Source: Longimicrobiales bacterium (GTDB lineage: Bacteria > Gemmatimonadota > Gemmatimonadetes > Longimicrobiales > Gaopeijiaceae). Taken from it: a stretch of DNA of 64,000 bases. This document shows, one piece after another, positions 38,039 through 48,208 of this stretch. The notes below the pieces were generated by a model. That model saw nothing but the letters and a program-made list of their open reading frames with translations. It was not told where the DNA came from and ran no database searches. The position numbers were made by a program, and so were the translations under genes. The stretch's first letter is position 1. Each line of letters opens with the position of its first letter. The stretch spans positions 1-64,000 of the forward strand of contig CBDCNQ010000002.1 of assembly GCA_965219445.1 (NCBI GenBank), in the 5' to 3' direction.

Positions 38039-41000
38039 ACGAGTCCGGCACCGACGAACGCGAGATGGTACCCGCCGGGGATCGGGAGGCGGAGGGGGTC
38101 GAGGATCTGGCAGAATTTCTGGATGCCGCCATCAGCGAGTTGGAAAGCCGGCCCGAGGATTCGAGGCTGTTGGCCGACCGACCTCCGGAACCTGGTAACG
38201 AGCGGTCGGCCACGATCTACTGGATGCTCCTCACGGTTCTATTTGCCTTTGCCATCTTCCTCAGGCTCTTCCCCTTCGATGACAACGAGGCCCGCCATGT
38301 CATCTGGGAATTCATCAGCACGACGCTGGCCCTGGTCGTCGGGAGCCTTTCTCTCGTCCGTTTCTACAGTAAGAAACAGGAAACCTTCCTGTTCATCGGC
38401 ACTGGCTTCCTTGGTACCGGATTCCTGAATGCATACCACGCCGTCATGACCTCGGCGCTCATCGGGGGGGAAGCGACTGGGCTCGAGAGCGCGGACCGGG
38501 CCGCCTGGACTTGGACGGCCTCGAGGCTGTTCTTGTCGATGTTCCTTTTCGGAAGCGTTCTTCTCCGGTCGGACGAAGCCGGGTCTGAACGATCTCACAC
38601 CAATGAGTTGTTCGTCTACGTCTTGGCCGCAATCTTGACGACTGCCTTCTTCCTGGTGTTTATCTTCTTTCCCCTCCCTCCCGCGTATTATCCCGATTTC
38701 CTTGTGTGGCGGCCAGCCGAATTCATCCCGGCGACCTTCTTCTTCGCCGCTTGGGTTGGATACCTCCGCCGAGGTGAGTGGCGCACTGAACCCTTCCAGT
38801 ATTGGCTGCTCATCTCGCTGATAATCAGTGTGTTCCTGCACGCGATGTATATGTCGCAGGCCACGAGCGAGTTCGACGGAATCGCCGATGCCGCACATCT
38901 CCTGAAAATTCTGGCCAACGTAAGCGTGCTGGCGGGGCTCATGATCAGTGTCTTTGTGACATTTCGGTCAGAGACGGCAGCACTGGAGACGGTGCACGAG
39001 ACCAATCTCCTGATGGCTCGTGAAGTGGAGGTTCGAGCGAAGGCCCAGCACCGGCTTCGCGACTTCCTCGACAACGCGAACGACCTCATTCAAATCACCG
39101 ATGCCGACGGGTATCTGGCCTACGTCAATCGTGCGTGGGCGGCCACGTTCGGGTTCGAAGAAGAAGCCGTCGAGGGAAAGAACGTGTATGAGTTGCTCCG
39201 ACCGTCCAATCGGGTCGAACTCGAGACAGCCTTCCGGCGGCTTGCCGAGGGAGGCTCGATGGAGCGCTTCATCTCGGAGTTTCATACGCGGGACGGAGAG
39301 CCGGTCATCTGCGCGATCAGTGCCAACTGCAGCCGGACGGGCGAAGACGTGCTGGTCGTCCGGTCGATCATCCGGAACGTCACCGAGACCGTGAGGGCCG
39401 AGCGGGAGCTGGCGGGGTCGCGCGCCAACCTCAACGCCTTGGTCGAAAATACCGGTGACGTGATCTGGTCGGTCAATGCTGACCACGAGCTGATCACGTT
39501 CAATTCCGCCTTTGCTCTGGCCGTCGAAGCACGTACAGGTCTTGAGCCCAGTGTAGGGGATGGTCCGGAGGATCTTTATCCGAGCGACCAAGCGGTCTGG
39601 TTCCAACAGGCCTACGACGAAGTATTGAGGACGGGTCGCATGTCCAAGATTCGTTCCGAGGAGATGGATGGCGACATCCGGCACTTCGAGTTGTTCTTCA
39701 GCCCGATCAGAGACCAGGCCGATGCGGCCGGCGTTGTGGTGTTCGGAAAGGACATCACGAGACGGAGGAGGGCCGAGGTGGATCTGGTGTCGGCCAAGAA
39801 CGAGGCGGAGGCCGCGAATCGGGCCAAGAGCCAATTTCTGGCGAACATGAGCCACGAGTTGCGTACGCCGCTCAACTCGGTGATCGGGTTCGCCAACATC
39901 CTGTTGAAGAACAAAAAGCAGAACCTGAAGTCTTCAGACATCGGCTTCTTGAATCGCATCCAGGCCAATGGAAAGCACCTACTTGCGCTTATCAACGAGA
40001 TCCTCGATCTGGCGAAAATCGAATCCGGGCGCATGGAATTGGATCTCATGCCGGTCGACATCGGCCTCCTCGCCCAAGAGGCGCTGGCGCTCGTCGAGGG
40101 TCAAATTCGGGGCCGTGAGCCGGAGGTGGAGGTCCGCCTCGAGGGCCCCGAGACGACGTACGAGGTCGAAACGGACCCCGCTAAGCTGAAGCAGGTCATT
40201 GTGAACTTGGTGGGAAATGCACTGAAGTTCACGGAGTCGGGAGAGATCGTGGTCCGCATCGACATCGATGAGGGTATTGGAAAGCCTGCTGCCATCTCCG
40301 TCAGTGACACCGGAATCGGGATTCCCGAAGAGCGCCTGAGCGCTATCTTCGAGGCCTTTCAACAAGCGGAGGCCGGGACCGCGCGTCAGTTCGGTGGTAC
40401 CGGTCTCGGCCTCGCCATCTCGCGCTCCATGTGCCTTCTGATGGGCTACGAACTCACCGTCGAGAGTGAGGTAGGCCAAGGGACCACGTTCAAGATCGAC
40501 TTCCCGTCGATCCAAGTGTCGGAGGGCTCCGCCCTGGCCGCGGCCCAGGAGGGGGCCCAGGGACCTGACGGAGAAGAGGCCGAGCGCTCGACGGATGTCT
40601 CGGTCGCTGGAGACGACGATGTCGAAGTGGCTGTGGGCTCCGAGGAAGGGGGTTCGGCGGGTAATGATACAGGCAGGGGTGCGGCGCGAGGCAAGGTTAA
40701 GCATTACAAAGTCCTGGCCATCGACGACGACCCGGACTCCCTCGTCCTGATGGAGGACTACCTCGCTGATTTTGGCTGTGAAGTTCTTCAGGCCTCCTCG
40801 GGAGTTGTGGGGCTCCAGATGGCCACGACGCACAAACCGGATCTCGTGACGCTCGACCTCCACATGCCCGACGTGGACGGTTGGGAGGTGTTGCGGAGGT
40901 TGAAGGCGGACCCGGACGTGAGGCACATACCGGTGGTCATCGCGAGCGTCGCAGCCAACGAGAGCCGAGGAAGACTCTTCGGCGCGGTCGATCTGCTGAC

Positions 41001-41466
41001 GAAGCCAATCGAGCGGTCCGACCTTATGCGTGTGCTCTGGCGGCAGCTCGTGAATCAGCATGGGCGCAAGGTGCTGCTGGTCGACGACGATCCTGAGGTT
41101 CAGGCTCTCCTCACGAACGCATTGGCGGCAGACGATCTGGACGTGTGCTGCGTGGAGAACGGAGAGGAGGCTCTCCTCTTCCTGGAACGGGACACGCCGG
41201 CTGCGGTTCTCCTGGACCTGCGAATGCCGGTGATGGACGGATTCGAGTTTCTCGACCGGATGCGTGAGAGCCGTTATCACAAAGGCCTTCCCGTCATCGC
41301 GATTACGGTCAAACGGCTCACGCCGAAGGAAGCGGCCCAATTGGCCGACAAGGCGTCGGCCGTCGTGATCAAGGATGCGAACTTCGTTCCGCGGGTGCGG
41401 GCGTCCCTCACGACGCTTTTCCCGATGGAATCCCGTAGGAGCGAGGTGGAACCTATCGCCGATTGA
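38035..41466 (+). CDS. Membrane hybrid histidine kinase (multi-TM sensor, 2 PAS, HisKA, HATPase, 2 REC)
   Basis: About 7 TM helices, FLANMSHELRTPLN, NALKFT, DTGIG, GGTGLGL, two receiver domains. Confidence 0.92.
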   Translation: MNESGTDEREMVPAGDREAEGVEDLAEFLDAAISELESRPEDSRLLADRPPEPGNERSATIYWMLLTVLFAFAIFLRLFPFDDNEARHVIWEFISTTLALVVGSLSLVRFYSKKQETFLFIGTGFLGTGFLNAYHAVMTSALIGGEATGLESADRAAWTWTASRLFLSMFLFGSVLLRSDEAGSERSHTNELFVYVLAAILTTAFFLVFIFFPLPPAYYPDFLVWRPAEFIPATFFFAAWVGYLRRGEWRTEPFQYWLLISLIISVFLHAMYMSQATSEFDGIADAAHLLKILANVSVLAGLMISVFVTFRSETAALETVHETNLLMAREVEVRAKAQHRLRDFLDNANDLIQITDADGYLAYVNRAWAATFGFEEEAVEGKNVYELLRPSNRVELETAFRRLAEGGSMERFISEFHTRDGEPVICAISANCSRTGEDVLVVRSIIRNVTETVRAERELAGSRANLNALVENTGDVIWSVNADHELITFNSAFALAVEARTGLEPSVGDGPEDLYPSDQAVWFQQAYDEVLRTGRMSKIRSEEMDGDIRHFELFFSPIRDQADAAGVVVFGKDITRRRRAEVDLVSAKNEAEAANRAKSQFLANMSHELRTPLNSVIGFANILLKNKKQNLKSSDIGFLNRIQANGKHLLALINEILDLAKIESGRMELDLMPVDIGLLAQEALALVEGQIRGREPEVEVRLEGPETTYEVETDPAKLKQVIVNLVGNALKFTESGEIVVRIDIDEGIGKPAAISVSDTGIGIPEERLSAIFEAFQQAEAGTARQFGGTGLGLAISRSMCLLMGYELTVESEVGQGTTFKIDFPSIQVSEGSALAAAQEGAQGPDGEEAERSTDVSVAGDDDVEVAVGSEEGGSAGNDTGRGAARGKVKHYKVLAIDDDPDSLVLMEDYLADFGCEVLQASSGVVGLQMATTHKPDLVTLDLHMPDVDGWEVLRRLKADPDVRHIPVVIASVAANESRGRLFGAVDLLTKPIERSDLMRVLWRQLVNQHGRKVLLVDDDPEVQALLTNALAADDLDVCCVENGEEALLFLERDTPAAVLLDLRMPVMDGFEFLDRMRESRYHKGLPVIAITVKRLTPKEAAQLADKASAVVIKDANFVPRVRASLTTLFPMESRRSEVEPIAD

Positions 41467-41474
41467 GGTGGGAC

Positions 41475-42881
41475 ATGCCTGACTTCGTTCTCCGAACCCA
41501 CCTGGACCATCCCGTCGCTAAGGTGTTCGCGTGGCATATGCGTCCCGGTGCCCTCGAGCGGCTCATCCCGCCATGGGAGAGGGTCACGATCGAGAGCCGT
41601 GAGGGAACACCGGCAACGGGCGGGCGCGTCGCGTTTCGGGTTCGGCGTGGTCCGACCGAAATCCGGTTCGAGGCGCTCCACACCGATTTCGAGCAAGACC
41701 GCTTCTTCCGTGACGAGCAGATCCGGGGACCCTTCACGCGATGGGTTCACACCCATCGCTTCGAGCGGGCAAACGAGGATGGATGTACGGTGGAGGACCA
41801 GGTCGATTGGGCACTACCTTTGGGCACTGCCAGGCGCCTGCTGGGAGGGTCGAGCGCGGAGGCGGAGTTGGGACGGCTCTTCACGTTCCGACATCGTAGG
41901 CTCCAGCACGACCTCGACCGAATGGCCCGTTACGGGAACGGGGGACCCCTGAAGGTTGCCGTCACCGGATCACGTGGTCTGATCGGCCGCACCCTTTGCG
42001 ACGTACTCACCACCAGTGGCCACCGTGTCGTTCGCCTGGTCCGCAGCCGGGAAGCACAGACGTCGGAAGACGTGTTTTGGGATCCGATCGAGGGCACCGT
42101 CGAAGAAGAGAGGCTCGAGGGACTCGACGTAGTCGTACACCTGGCGGGGGAACCCCTACTCGGCCTTCGTTGGACTGATGAAAAAAAGAAGCACATTTGG
42201 GCGAGCAGAGTGGAAGGTACCGAGCACCTTTCACGTGCCTTGGCGCGGCTCCGGCGTCCCCCCGCAGTGCTCGTCTCTGCGTCCGCCGTGGGCTTCTACG
42301 GGAACCGCGGTGATCAAGCGTTGATTGAGAGCGCCAAGCCCGGCAAGGGATTTCTTGCCGAGCTTTGCCAGGCCTGGGAAGCAGCCACGCGTCCCGCGGC
42401 ACGTATGGGCATCCGGGTCGTTTACCTACGGACCGGACTCGTACTTACGCCGGCCGGCGGCGCGCTCGGTACCATGCTGCTCCCGTTCAAGATAGGCGTC
42501 GGTGGACGGCTTGGGAGTGGGCGGCAGTACGTGAGTTGGATCGATCACGACGACTTGTTGGGCATGATCATTCACGTCATCCATACGCCGTCGATCCGAG
42601 GGGGGGTGAATGCCACGGCGCCCTATCCGGTTCCCAATTCCACGTTTACCAGCACGCTCGGCCGCGTACTCCAGCGCCCGACCTTGATTCCCGTACCCGG
42701 TCTGGCGGTCCAGGCGCTGTTCGGTGAGATGGGCAAGGAGTTGCTGTTGCACGGACAGAGAATCCAGCCCGCGGTGGCTGAAGCATCGGGTTTCGAGTTC
42801 AAGTACCCGGGGCTGGAGGAATCCCTGCGCCATCAGTTGGGGCGACAGGTACAGTCTCTCGATAGGCCACAGCCCTCCTAG
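41475..42881 (+). CDS. SRPBCC domain plus TIGR01777 (YfcH-like) NAD-dependent epimerase
   Basis: GPFTRWVHTHRF; TGSRGLIG, HLAGE, SASAVGFYG, GSGRQYVSWI. Confidence 0.88.
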   Translation: MPDFVLRTHLDHPVAKVFAWHMRPGALERLIPPWERVTIESREGTPATGGRVAFRVRRGPTEIRFEALHTDFEQDRFFRDEQIRGPFTRWVHTHRFERANEDGCTVEDQVDWALPLGTARRLLGGSSAEAELGRLFTFRHRRLQHDLDRMARYGNGGPLKVAVTGSRGLIGRTLCDVLTTSGHRVVRLVRSREAQTSEDVFWDPIEGTVEEERLEGLDVVVHLAGEPLLGLRWTDEKKKHIWASRVEGTEHLSRALARLRRPPAVLVSASAVGFYGNRGDQALIESAKPGKGFLAELCQAWEAATRPAARMGIRVVYLRTGLVLTPAGGALGTMLLPFKIGVGGRLGSGRQYVSWIDHDDLLGMIIHVIHTPSIRGGVNATAPYPVPNSTFTSTLGRVLQRPTLIPVPGLAVQALFGEMGKELLLHGQRIQPAVAEASGFEFKYPGLEESLRHQLGRQVQSLDRPQPS

Positions 42882-42927
42882 GAGGACCACACCGACACAG
42901 CATCGCCACAACCGTCGGCCAAGACCA

Positions 42928-43587
42928 CTACTCGAAGGATGCCCTCGGCAGACCTCCATCATCACCCAGAGACGGGTAAGGCGTTCCCCGGTCACGGCAG
43001 TAGCGGGCGATACGTGGATACGCCCACTCGAATAGGATCCGCTCCGAGTCCTCCGGGTCGATCCGGGACTCGTCATACATATTGGCCGCCTCACGTTGGC
43101 GAAACGCCTCGAAAAGCAGGAGGGCAGCCGCAACGGAAACGTTGAACGACCGGGCCATCCCTACCATAGGGATCGAAATCTGCAGATCCGCCAACGCGAG
43201 CGCCTCGTCGCTCAGGCCCAGAAGCTCCGCCCCCATCATAAGTGCGGTCGGTACCGTAAGATCCACCTCCCGAAAATCGACGGCTTCCGGACCCGGGTGT
43301 GCCGCCAGCACCCGGAAGCCGCGGCCCTTCAATTCCTCGATCGCTGCTTGGATCGTGCGGTGCCGTACCAATCGAACCCACTTGGCCGTTCCCGCGGAGG
43401 TGTGCGAATGAATCTGAAGTCCTTCGTCGGGGGGGACCGCATGAGCCTCCAACACTCCCACCGCGTCACAGTTACGGAGGATGGCCGAGAGATTGTGGCT
43501 CTTATGGACTCGCTCCATGAGCACCGTGAGGTCCGGTTGTCGCCGGCGTAGGGCTCGGGCCAGCCTCTGGAAACGCTCCGGGTTCAT
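42928..43587 (-). CDS. trmH: tRNA (guanosine-18 2'-O)-methyltransferase
   Basis: RRQPDLTV, HKSHNLSAILR, GAELLG, IPMVGMARSFNVSVA, FEWAYP. Confidence 0.93.
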   Translation of the reverse strand: MNPERFQRLARALRRRQPDLTVLMERVHKSHNLSAILRNCDAVGVLEAHAVPPDEGLQIHSHTSAGTAKWVRLVRHRTIQAAIEELKGRGFRVLAAHPGPEAVDFREVDLTVPTALMMGAELLGLSDEALALADLQISIPMVGMARSFNVSVAAALLLFEAFRQREAANMYDESRIDPEDSERILFEWAYPRIARYCRDRGTPYPSLGDDGGLPRASFE

Positions 43588-43645
43588 CGTTGAAAGGTGC
43601 TCGCCCACCAGGGTCGGATGGCCGCTCTAGCCGCGAGCGCTCACG

Positions 43646-44061
43646 CTAGATTCCACGTCCCCAAGGGTCGTGTGCCGCGGATCCCGCTCCTAGCGGTGGG
43701 GATGGTGGCAGTTTTCCAAGGATCTCTTCGACCGTCTCGACGAGGTCTTGCGGCTCGACAGGCTTGACGAGCGCCGCGATCGCTCGAACTCCTCGGCTTT
43801 GTCGAGGTGTTGGGCAAGGCTGGAGACCGCGATTATGGCCGCCTCGGGATTGAGCGCGAGAATGTTTCGGATGAGGCTTAGCCCGTCCACTTTGGGCATC
43901 CGAAGATCCGTGATCACCAAAGCGATGTCGTTCTCCTCGTACATCGTCATCGCCGCCTCACCGTCACTCGCGAAGAGGGGTGTGTGCCCGGCATCCTCGA
44001 TAATTCTGGCCTCGAGAAACCGATCCATCTCTTCGTCATCGACTATCAGTACGTTGGCCAT
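43646..44061 (-). pseudogene. Single-domain response regulator, frameshift near 43785
   Basis: LIVDD, ITDLRMP; adding one G gives AEEFGAIAALVKPVEPQDL with the conserved KP. Confidence 0.8.
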
Positions 44062-44362
44062 GGTGTGTATGGATCTGGGACACCCTGACTTAGGGGACGA
44101 TATTCAATCGATACGGAAGAAAGAGCGGGGACGCAACCGAGCGGCCAGATGATAGCGCCTGCACTCGACGTGCAGCTTTCCGTGCGGTGACACCCACGGT
44201 GACAGACCCTACGGTTGAAAGCTCAAGTGACATATCCCCGAGCAGGGCCTTACATTCCATCCCAGACGCGTACCTGAACAGCCTTCCGGTAAAGATGCCC
44301 GTGCCGGTGGGCGAGATGGTGGGTGACGTTCTCGGGCGAATGCAGAAGGGGGCCGCGTAGCG

Positions 44363-44920
44363 ATGTTTACTTCTCTCTGGCGACTGTTTCCGTTCTTTGG
44401 AGATTGGTGGTTACCGTTCGATGGTTCGTGGAGGAGGGTGTTGTTGCTGGCGCTGCTCATGCCGGGCGCTCTTAGCGCACAGCTCGAGTTCGGAATCGAC
44501 TCCGGAATCAGGATCGAGCGCACGGTCGGCGCCAACCGCACGACATTTCGCGTCCCGTCCGAATGGTTACGTGTAGGCATCCGCGGCCAGAGAATCTCAT
44601 TTGAATCTCTCATCAACTTCGCCCACCAACGCTTGAGCGGGCAGTCGGCGACAGAAATCGTGTTCATACCCGGCTTCGCCTACAACATCTTCCAGAGCTA
44701 CTACGTGCGTGGCGAGGTGGGAATGTTTTTGCGCAGCCAGGAAAACTCAAGCGCTAGCTAATTTGCTTACGGCATAGCGGTGGGCACGAAATATCCGCTC
44801 GGCACGAGGCCATTCTATGTGCGTCTTGAGACGGGCTTCGATAGGTGGGTTGAGAACGGAGACTTCTTCGAGAGCAGGGAGTTTCGATTGCTGGTTGGCC
44901 TAACGGTTATGGTGAATTGA
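44363..44920 (+). pseudogene. Small outer-membrane beta-barrel-like protein with internal TAA at 44759-44761
   Basis: Signal peptide-like segment; same frame continues after the stop as FAYGIAVGTKYP...FRLLVGLTVMVN. Confidence 0.6.
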
Positions 44921-45130
44921 GGGTGGCCCATGAATCGATATGGGGTGGAGACAGTGAGGGCTAGCTCGTCGAGCGCTGAGGCGACCGCTCTTACTGTAGC
45001 ACGTTCCCCGGCGGGCTTTACTGTACAAGATGTCTGGGAGGTGGAGGCCCACCCAACGGGAGCAGCAACCGAAGCAGTGGCGAATCAAACCGGACACGAA
45101 ACGTGACAATGTGGCGTGAATATGGAGAAA

Positions 45131-45213
45131 GCCGGGGTGGCGGAACGGTAGACGCAAGGGACTTAAAATCCCTCGGGAGAAATCCCATGTGGGTTCGATT
45201 CCCACCCCCGGCA
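45131..45213 (+). tRNA. tRNA-Leu (anticodon TAA), CCA not encoded
   Basis: GCCGGGG/CCCCGGC acceptor stem, GGGA-CTTAAAA-TCCC anticodon arm, long variable arm, GGTTCGATTCC T arm. Confidence 0.96.
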
Positions 45214-45282
45214 CTTGGTCTAAGGCTCAGCAGGGCAGGGAATTAGGCGGATTCGTTCTACCTCCACTTCAGCCGACACTGA

Positions 45283-45545
45283 CTACGCTTTGGCGTCATT
45301 GTGCCGTGATTGTGCCGCTCTGAAGGCCGCGAGCTTCTCCAGGCCCTCCTCCAGGCTACGCTGATCTGCGATGGCGTAGCGGAGATAAACGGCCTCGGTC
45401 TTGTGTCCGGTGATCTTCATGGCGACGGAGCGTGAGACTCCAGCACGCTCCAGGTTCCGAACTGCCGTGCGGCGAAGATCGTGGAAAGTGGTGCCCGGCA
45501 CTCTGGCGTTCTCACATGCGGCGTTCCACGTCCAACGGATCGGGA
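45283..45545 (-). mobile_element. C-terminal relic of a tyrosine recombinase/integrase
   Basis: FHDLRRT, TGHKT...Y..Y catalytic motifs; N-terminal part absent; 70 bp from tRNA 3' end. Confidence 0.88.
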
Positions 45546-45575
45546 TACTCGCAGCGAACGGTCAGTCCAGTGCGA

Positions 45576-46364
45576 TCAGCCCGGCTTCCTCGAACAGTAG
45601 AAAAGGTCCTCCGAGGCGGGGTCGGCCAGTCCATATCGCTCGATATTCGCGTCCGCCACGAGGTCGCCAGCCGAAATGCGTGTGACCTCGAAGCCTGCGG
45701 CGGTCAACCTCTCCATGTAATCCGGGCCATAGCGACGGACATGACCTTTTTGCCCGAATCGACGAATCCGCTCCATCGGATCTGTCTCGGAGGGATCCTC
45801 GATAGTCTCATTGGCGGTAATCGGCACATTCAACATCGCCCAGCCGCTGGGCGCAAGGACCCTGCAGAGTTCGCGCATCGCCTGGCGATCGTCGGCCACA
45901 TGCTCCAAGACATGGCTGCAGTAGATGACGTCAAAGCTGCCATCCGGCCACGCGATGTCGGTGATGTCCATCGACTCCATGACCTCCGTTTTCAGGAGAT
46001 CGGCGGTCAAGTATCCATCACCAGCCGCCTCGGAGAACATCTGTCTGAAAAATCTCTCTGGAGCTATGTGAAGGAACCGTTTCGGTAAACCATCGAAGAG
46101 GTTGGTCCGCTCGCGGAGAAAGACGATGGCCAACCGGTGGCGCTCCAACGAACCACATTGTGGGCATTGAGCATCGGGCCTCGGACAAACACCGAACGAT
46201 AGGAACTTGCGTGACGAGCGATTGCAAACGGTGCACTGTCGGAAAGAACCAAAGTAGAGGACCCGCCCAAGGCCCCACCTCACCGTCAGTCTCCGGAAGA
46301 TCCTGGCGGCCTTAGAGGGCATAGTGATGTCTACAGGCAGCCATGCCGCCTTCGCCCAGCTCAC
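45576..46364 (-). CDS. Class I SAM-dependent methyltransferase with N-terminal CxxC pairs
   Basis: CTVC, CPQCGSLERHR, LHIAPE, FDVIYCSHVLEHV, GHVRRYG. Confidence 0.85.
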   Translation of the reverse strand: MSWAKAAWLPVDITMPSKAARIFRRLTVRWGLGRVLYFGSFRQCTVCNRSSRKFLSFGVCPRPDAQCPQCGSLERHRLAIVFLRERTNLFDGLPKRFLHIAPERFFRQMFSEAAGDGYLTADLLKTEVMESMDITDIAWPDGSFDVIYCSHVLEHVADDRQAMRELCRVLAPSGWAMLNVPITANETIEDPSETDPMERIRRFGQKGHVRRYGPDYMERLTAAGFEVTRISAGDLVADANIERYGLADPASEDLFYCSRKPG

Positions 46365-46460
46365 GCTCTATCGCGTACCGGCCTTCTAGGGCTGCGTTGA
46401 GACGCTCGACCATGTCGGACATGGAGGTCAACATGCGTCTAAGACGTGTGGGGCGGCAAG

Positions 46461-46553
46461 GATCTGAGCCAGGTGAGCGACGCCGCAGAGGCCCATCGGT
46501 TGATCCCTGACAACGAGGTCTCAGGCAACGTGGTGCTTCTGCCGTGGGCCTAG
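46461..46553 (+). pseudogene. C-terminal fragment resembling a zinc-binding/quinone oxidoreductase
   Basis: Manual translation DLSQVSDAAEAHRLIPDNEVSGNVVLLPWA*. Confidence 0.5.
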
Positions 46554-46560
46554 CCTTCCC

Positions 46561-47913
46561 CTACACCACTCCGTAGGCCAGCATCGCGTCGGCGACCTTG
46601 ATGAACGCCGCGATGTTCGCGCCCTTCACGTAGTCGATATAGTCGTCGCCGGGGGTCCGGCCGTACTCGGCGCAACGGTCGTGGATGCCGGTCATGATAT
46701 CGCACAGGAGCTTCTGGAGCTCCTCTTCCTTCCACGTGATTCGCGCGGAGTTCTGGCTCATTTCGAGGCCGGAGACAGCTACGCCGCCGGCGTTCGCGGC
46801 CTTGCTGGGGGCGAAGAGGATCCTCGCCTCGATGAAGGCACGGATTCCGTCCTGCTCGGTCGGCATGTTCGCGCCCTCGGAGACACCGCGGATCCCGTTT
46901 CTGATGAGAACGTTCGCGTCCTCGGTCGAGATCTCGTTCTGCGTGGCGCAAGGGAAGGCGAGATCCGCCTCGATGTCCCAGGGGCGGCCCACGTGGTGCT
47001 CGCAGCCGAACTCCGCGGCGTACTCGCTCATGCGGCCTCGACGGACGTTCTTCAGCTCCATCACCCAGGCCAACTTCTCCTCGTCGATGCCGTCCGGGTC
47101 ATAGATGAAGCCGCTCGAGTCGGAGAGCGTGACGGCCGTGCCGCCCAGCTGGTTGATCCTCTCTACGGCGTACTGCGCGACATTGCCGGAGCCGGATACG
47201 AGGCAGCGCTTGCCCTCCACCGAGTCCTTCACGTTGGCGAGCATCGACTCCATGAAGTACACGGTTCCGTAGCCCGTCGCCTCGGTGCGAATCGGACTCC
47301 CGCCGTACTCCATGCCCTTGCCGGTGAGGACCCCGACGAAGCGGTTCGTCAGTCGCTTGTACTGCCCGAAGAGGTAGCCGATCTCGCGCGCTCCCACTCC
47401 GATGTCGCCGGCGGGCACGTCGGTGTCCTCACCTACATGCCGGTAGAGCTCGCTCATGAAGCTCTGGCAGAAGCGCATGACCTCGCTAGTGGACTTGCCC
47501 CTCGGATTGAAGTTCGCGCCGCCCTTGGCGCCACCCATGGGCAGACCGGTAAGGCTGTTCTTGAAGGTCTGCTCGAAGGCCAGGAACTTGAGGATGCTCT
47601 GGGTCACGCTCGGGTGGAAGCGGAGGCCTCCCTTGTAAGGGCCGATCGCATTGTTGTTCTGAACGCGCCAGCCGCGCTGCACGCGGACGTTCCCGTCGTC
47701 GTCCTCCCAGCAGACGCGGAAGCTCACCACGCGGTCCGGCTCGGCGATACGCCGCAGGATCTGCGCGTCGTGGTAGATCTCCTTGTCGGCGATGTAGTCG
47801 AAGACATTGCTCGCCACCTCGTAGACGGCCTGCTGGAACTCTGTCTCTCCGGGATTACGCCTCCTCAAGCCCTCCATGAACTGCTCGAGATTGACGTGGT
47901 CCGATATGGCCAT
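46561..47913 (-). CDS. gdhA: NADP-specific glutamate dehydrogenase
   Basis: GPYKGGLRFHP, LPMGGAKGG, DVPAGDIGVG, GSGNVA, EGANMP. Confidence 0.96.
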   Translation of the reverse strand: MAISDHVNLEQFMEGLRRRNPGETEFQQAVYEVASNVFDYIADKEIYHDAQILRRIAEPDRVVSFRVCWEDDDGNVRVQRGWRVQNNNAIGPYKGGLRFHPSVTQSILKFLAFEQTFKNSLTGLPMGGAKGGANFNPRGKSTSEVMRFCQSFMSELYRHVGEDTDVPAGDIGVGAREIGYLFGQYKRLTNRFVGVLTGKGMEYGGSPIRTEATGYGTVYFMESMLANVKDSVEGKRCLVSGSGNVAQYAVERINQLGGTAVTLSDSSGFIYDPDGIDEEKLAWVMELKNVRRGRMSEYAAEFGCEHHVGRPWDIEADLAFPCATQNEISTEDANVLIRNGIRGVSEGANMPTEQDGIRAFIEARILFAPSKAANAGGVAVSGLEMSQNSARITWKEEELQKLLCDIMTGIHDRCAEYGRTPGDDYIDYVKGANIAAFIKVADAMLAYGVV

Positions 47914-48208
47914 GGGATTCCCCTTCAAGGAGGCCCGAGCGGGGCTCTCGCCTGGGCGGGAGGAGCAGCCGTTGTGGGCCTGCGCGAGCGAGAAAATAGC
48001 GATGAGATGGTTTCTCGCGAATCCTGACCTACTCAGGTCAGCCGCGATATGTAAAATCTCGGGGAGTGTACGCAGGGTTCGTCGGAGTGACCATCGTCAG
48101 CGTGCCGGTGCTTATCACTTCCCTGAGCCAGGCAGCCGACCGCGCCGGGGAGAGCTGGTGCCCTTCGGACGCCCTCCCCCCGACGCATCCTGCGTCCGCG
48201 TGTTTGCG

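Noticed and set aside
44930..45106. 58-codon ORF before the tRNA
   Set aside because: No recognisable motif or support
44900..45214. 104-aa minus-strand ORF
   Set aside because: Begins as the antisense reading of tRNA-Leu
46681..48027. 448-aa ORF antisense to gdhA
   Set aside because: Shadow frame from strong GC3 bias; no independent motifs
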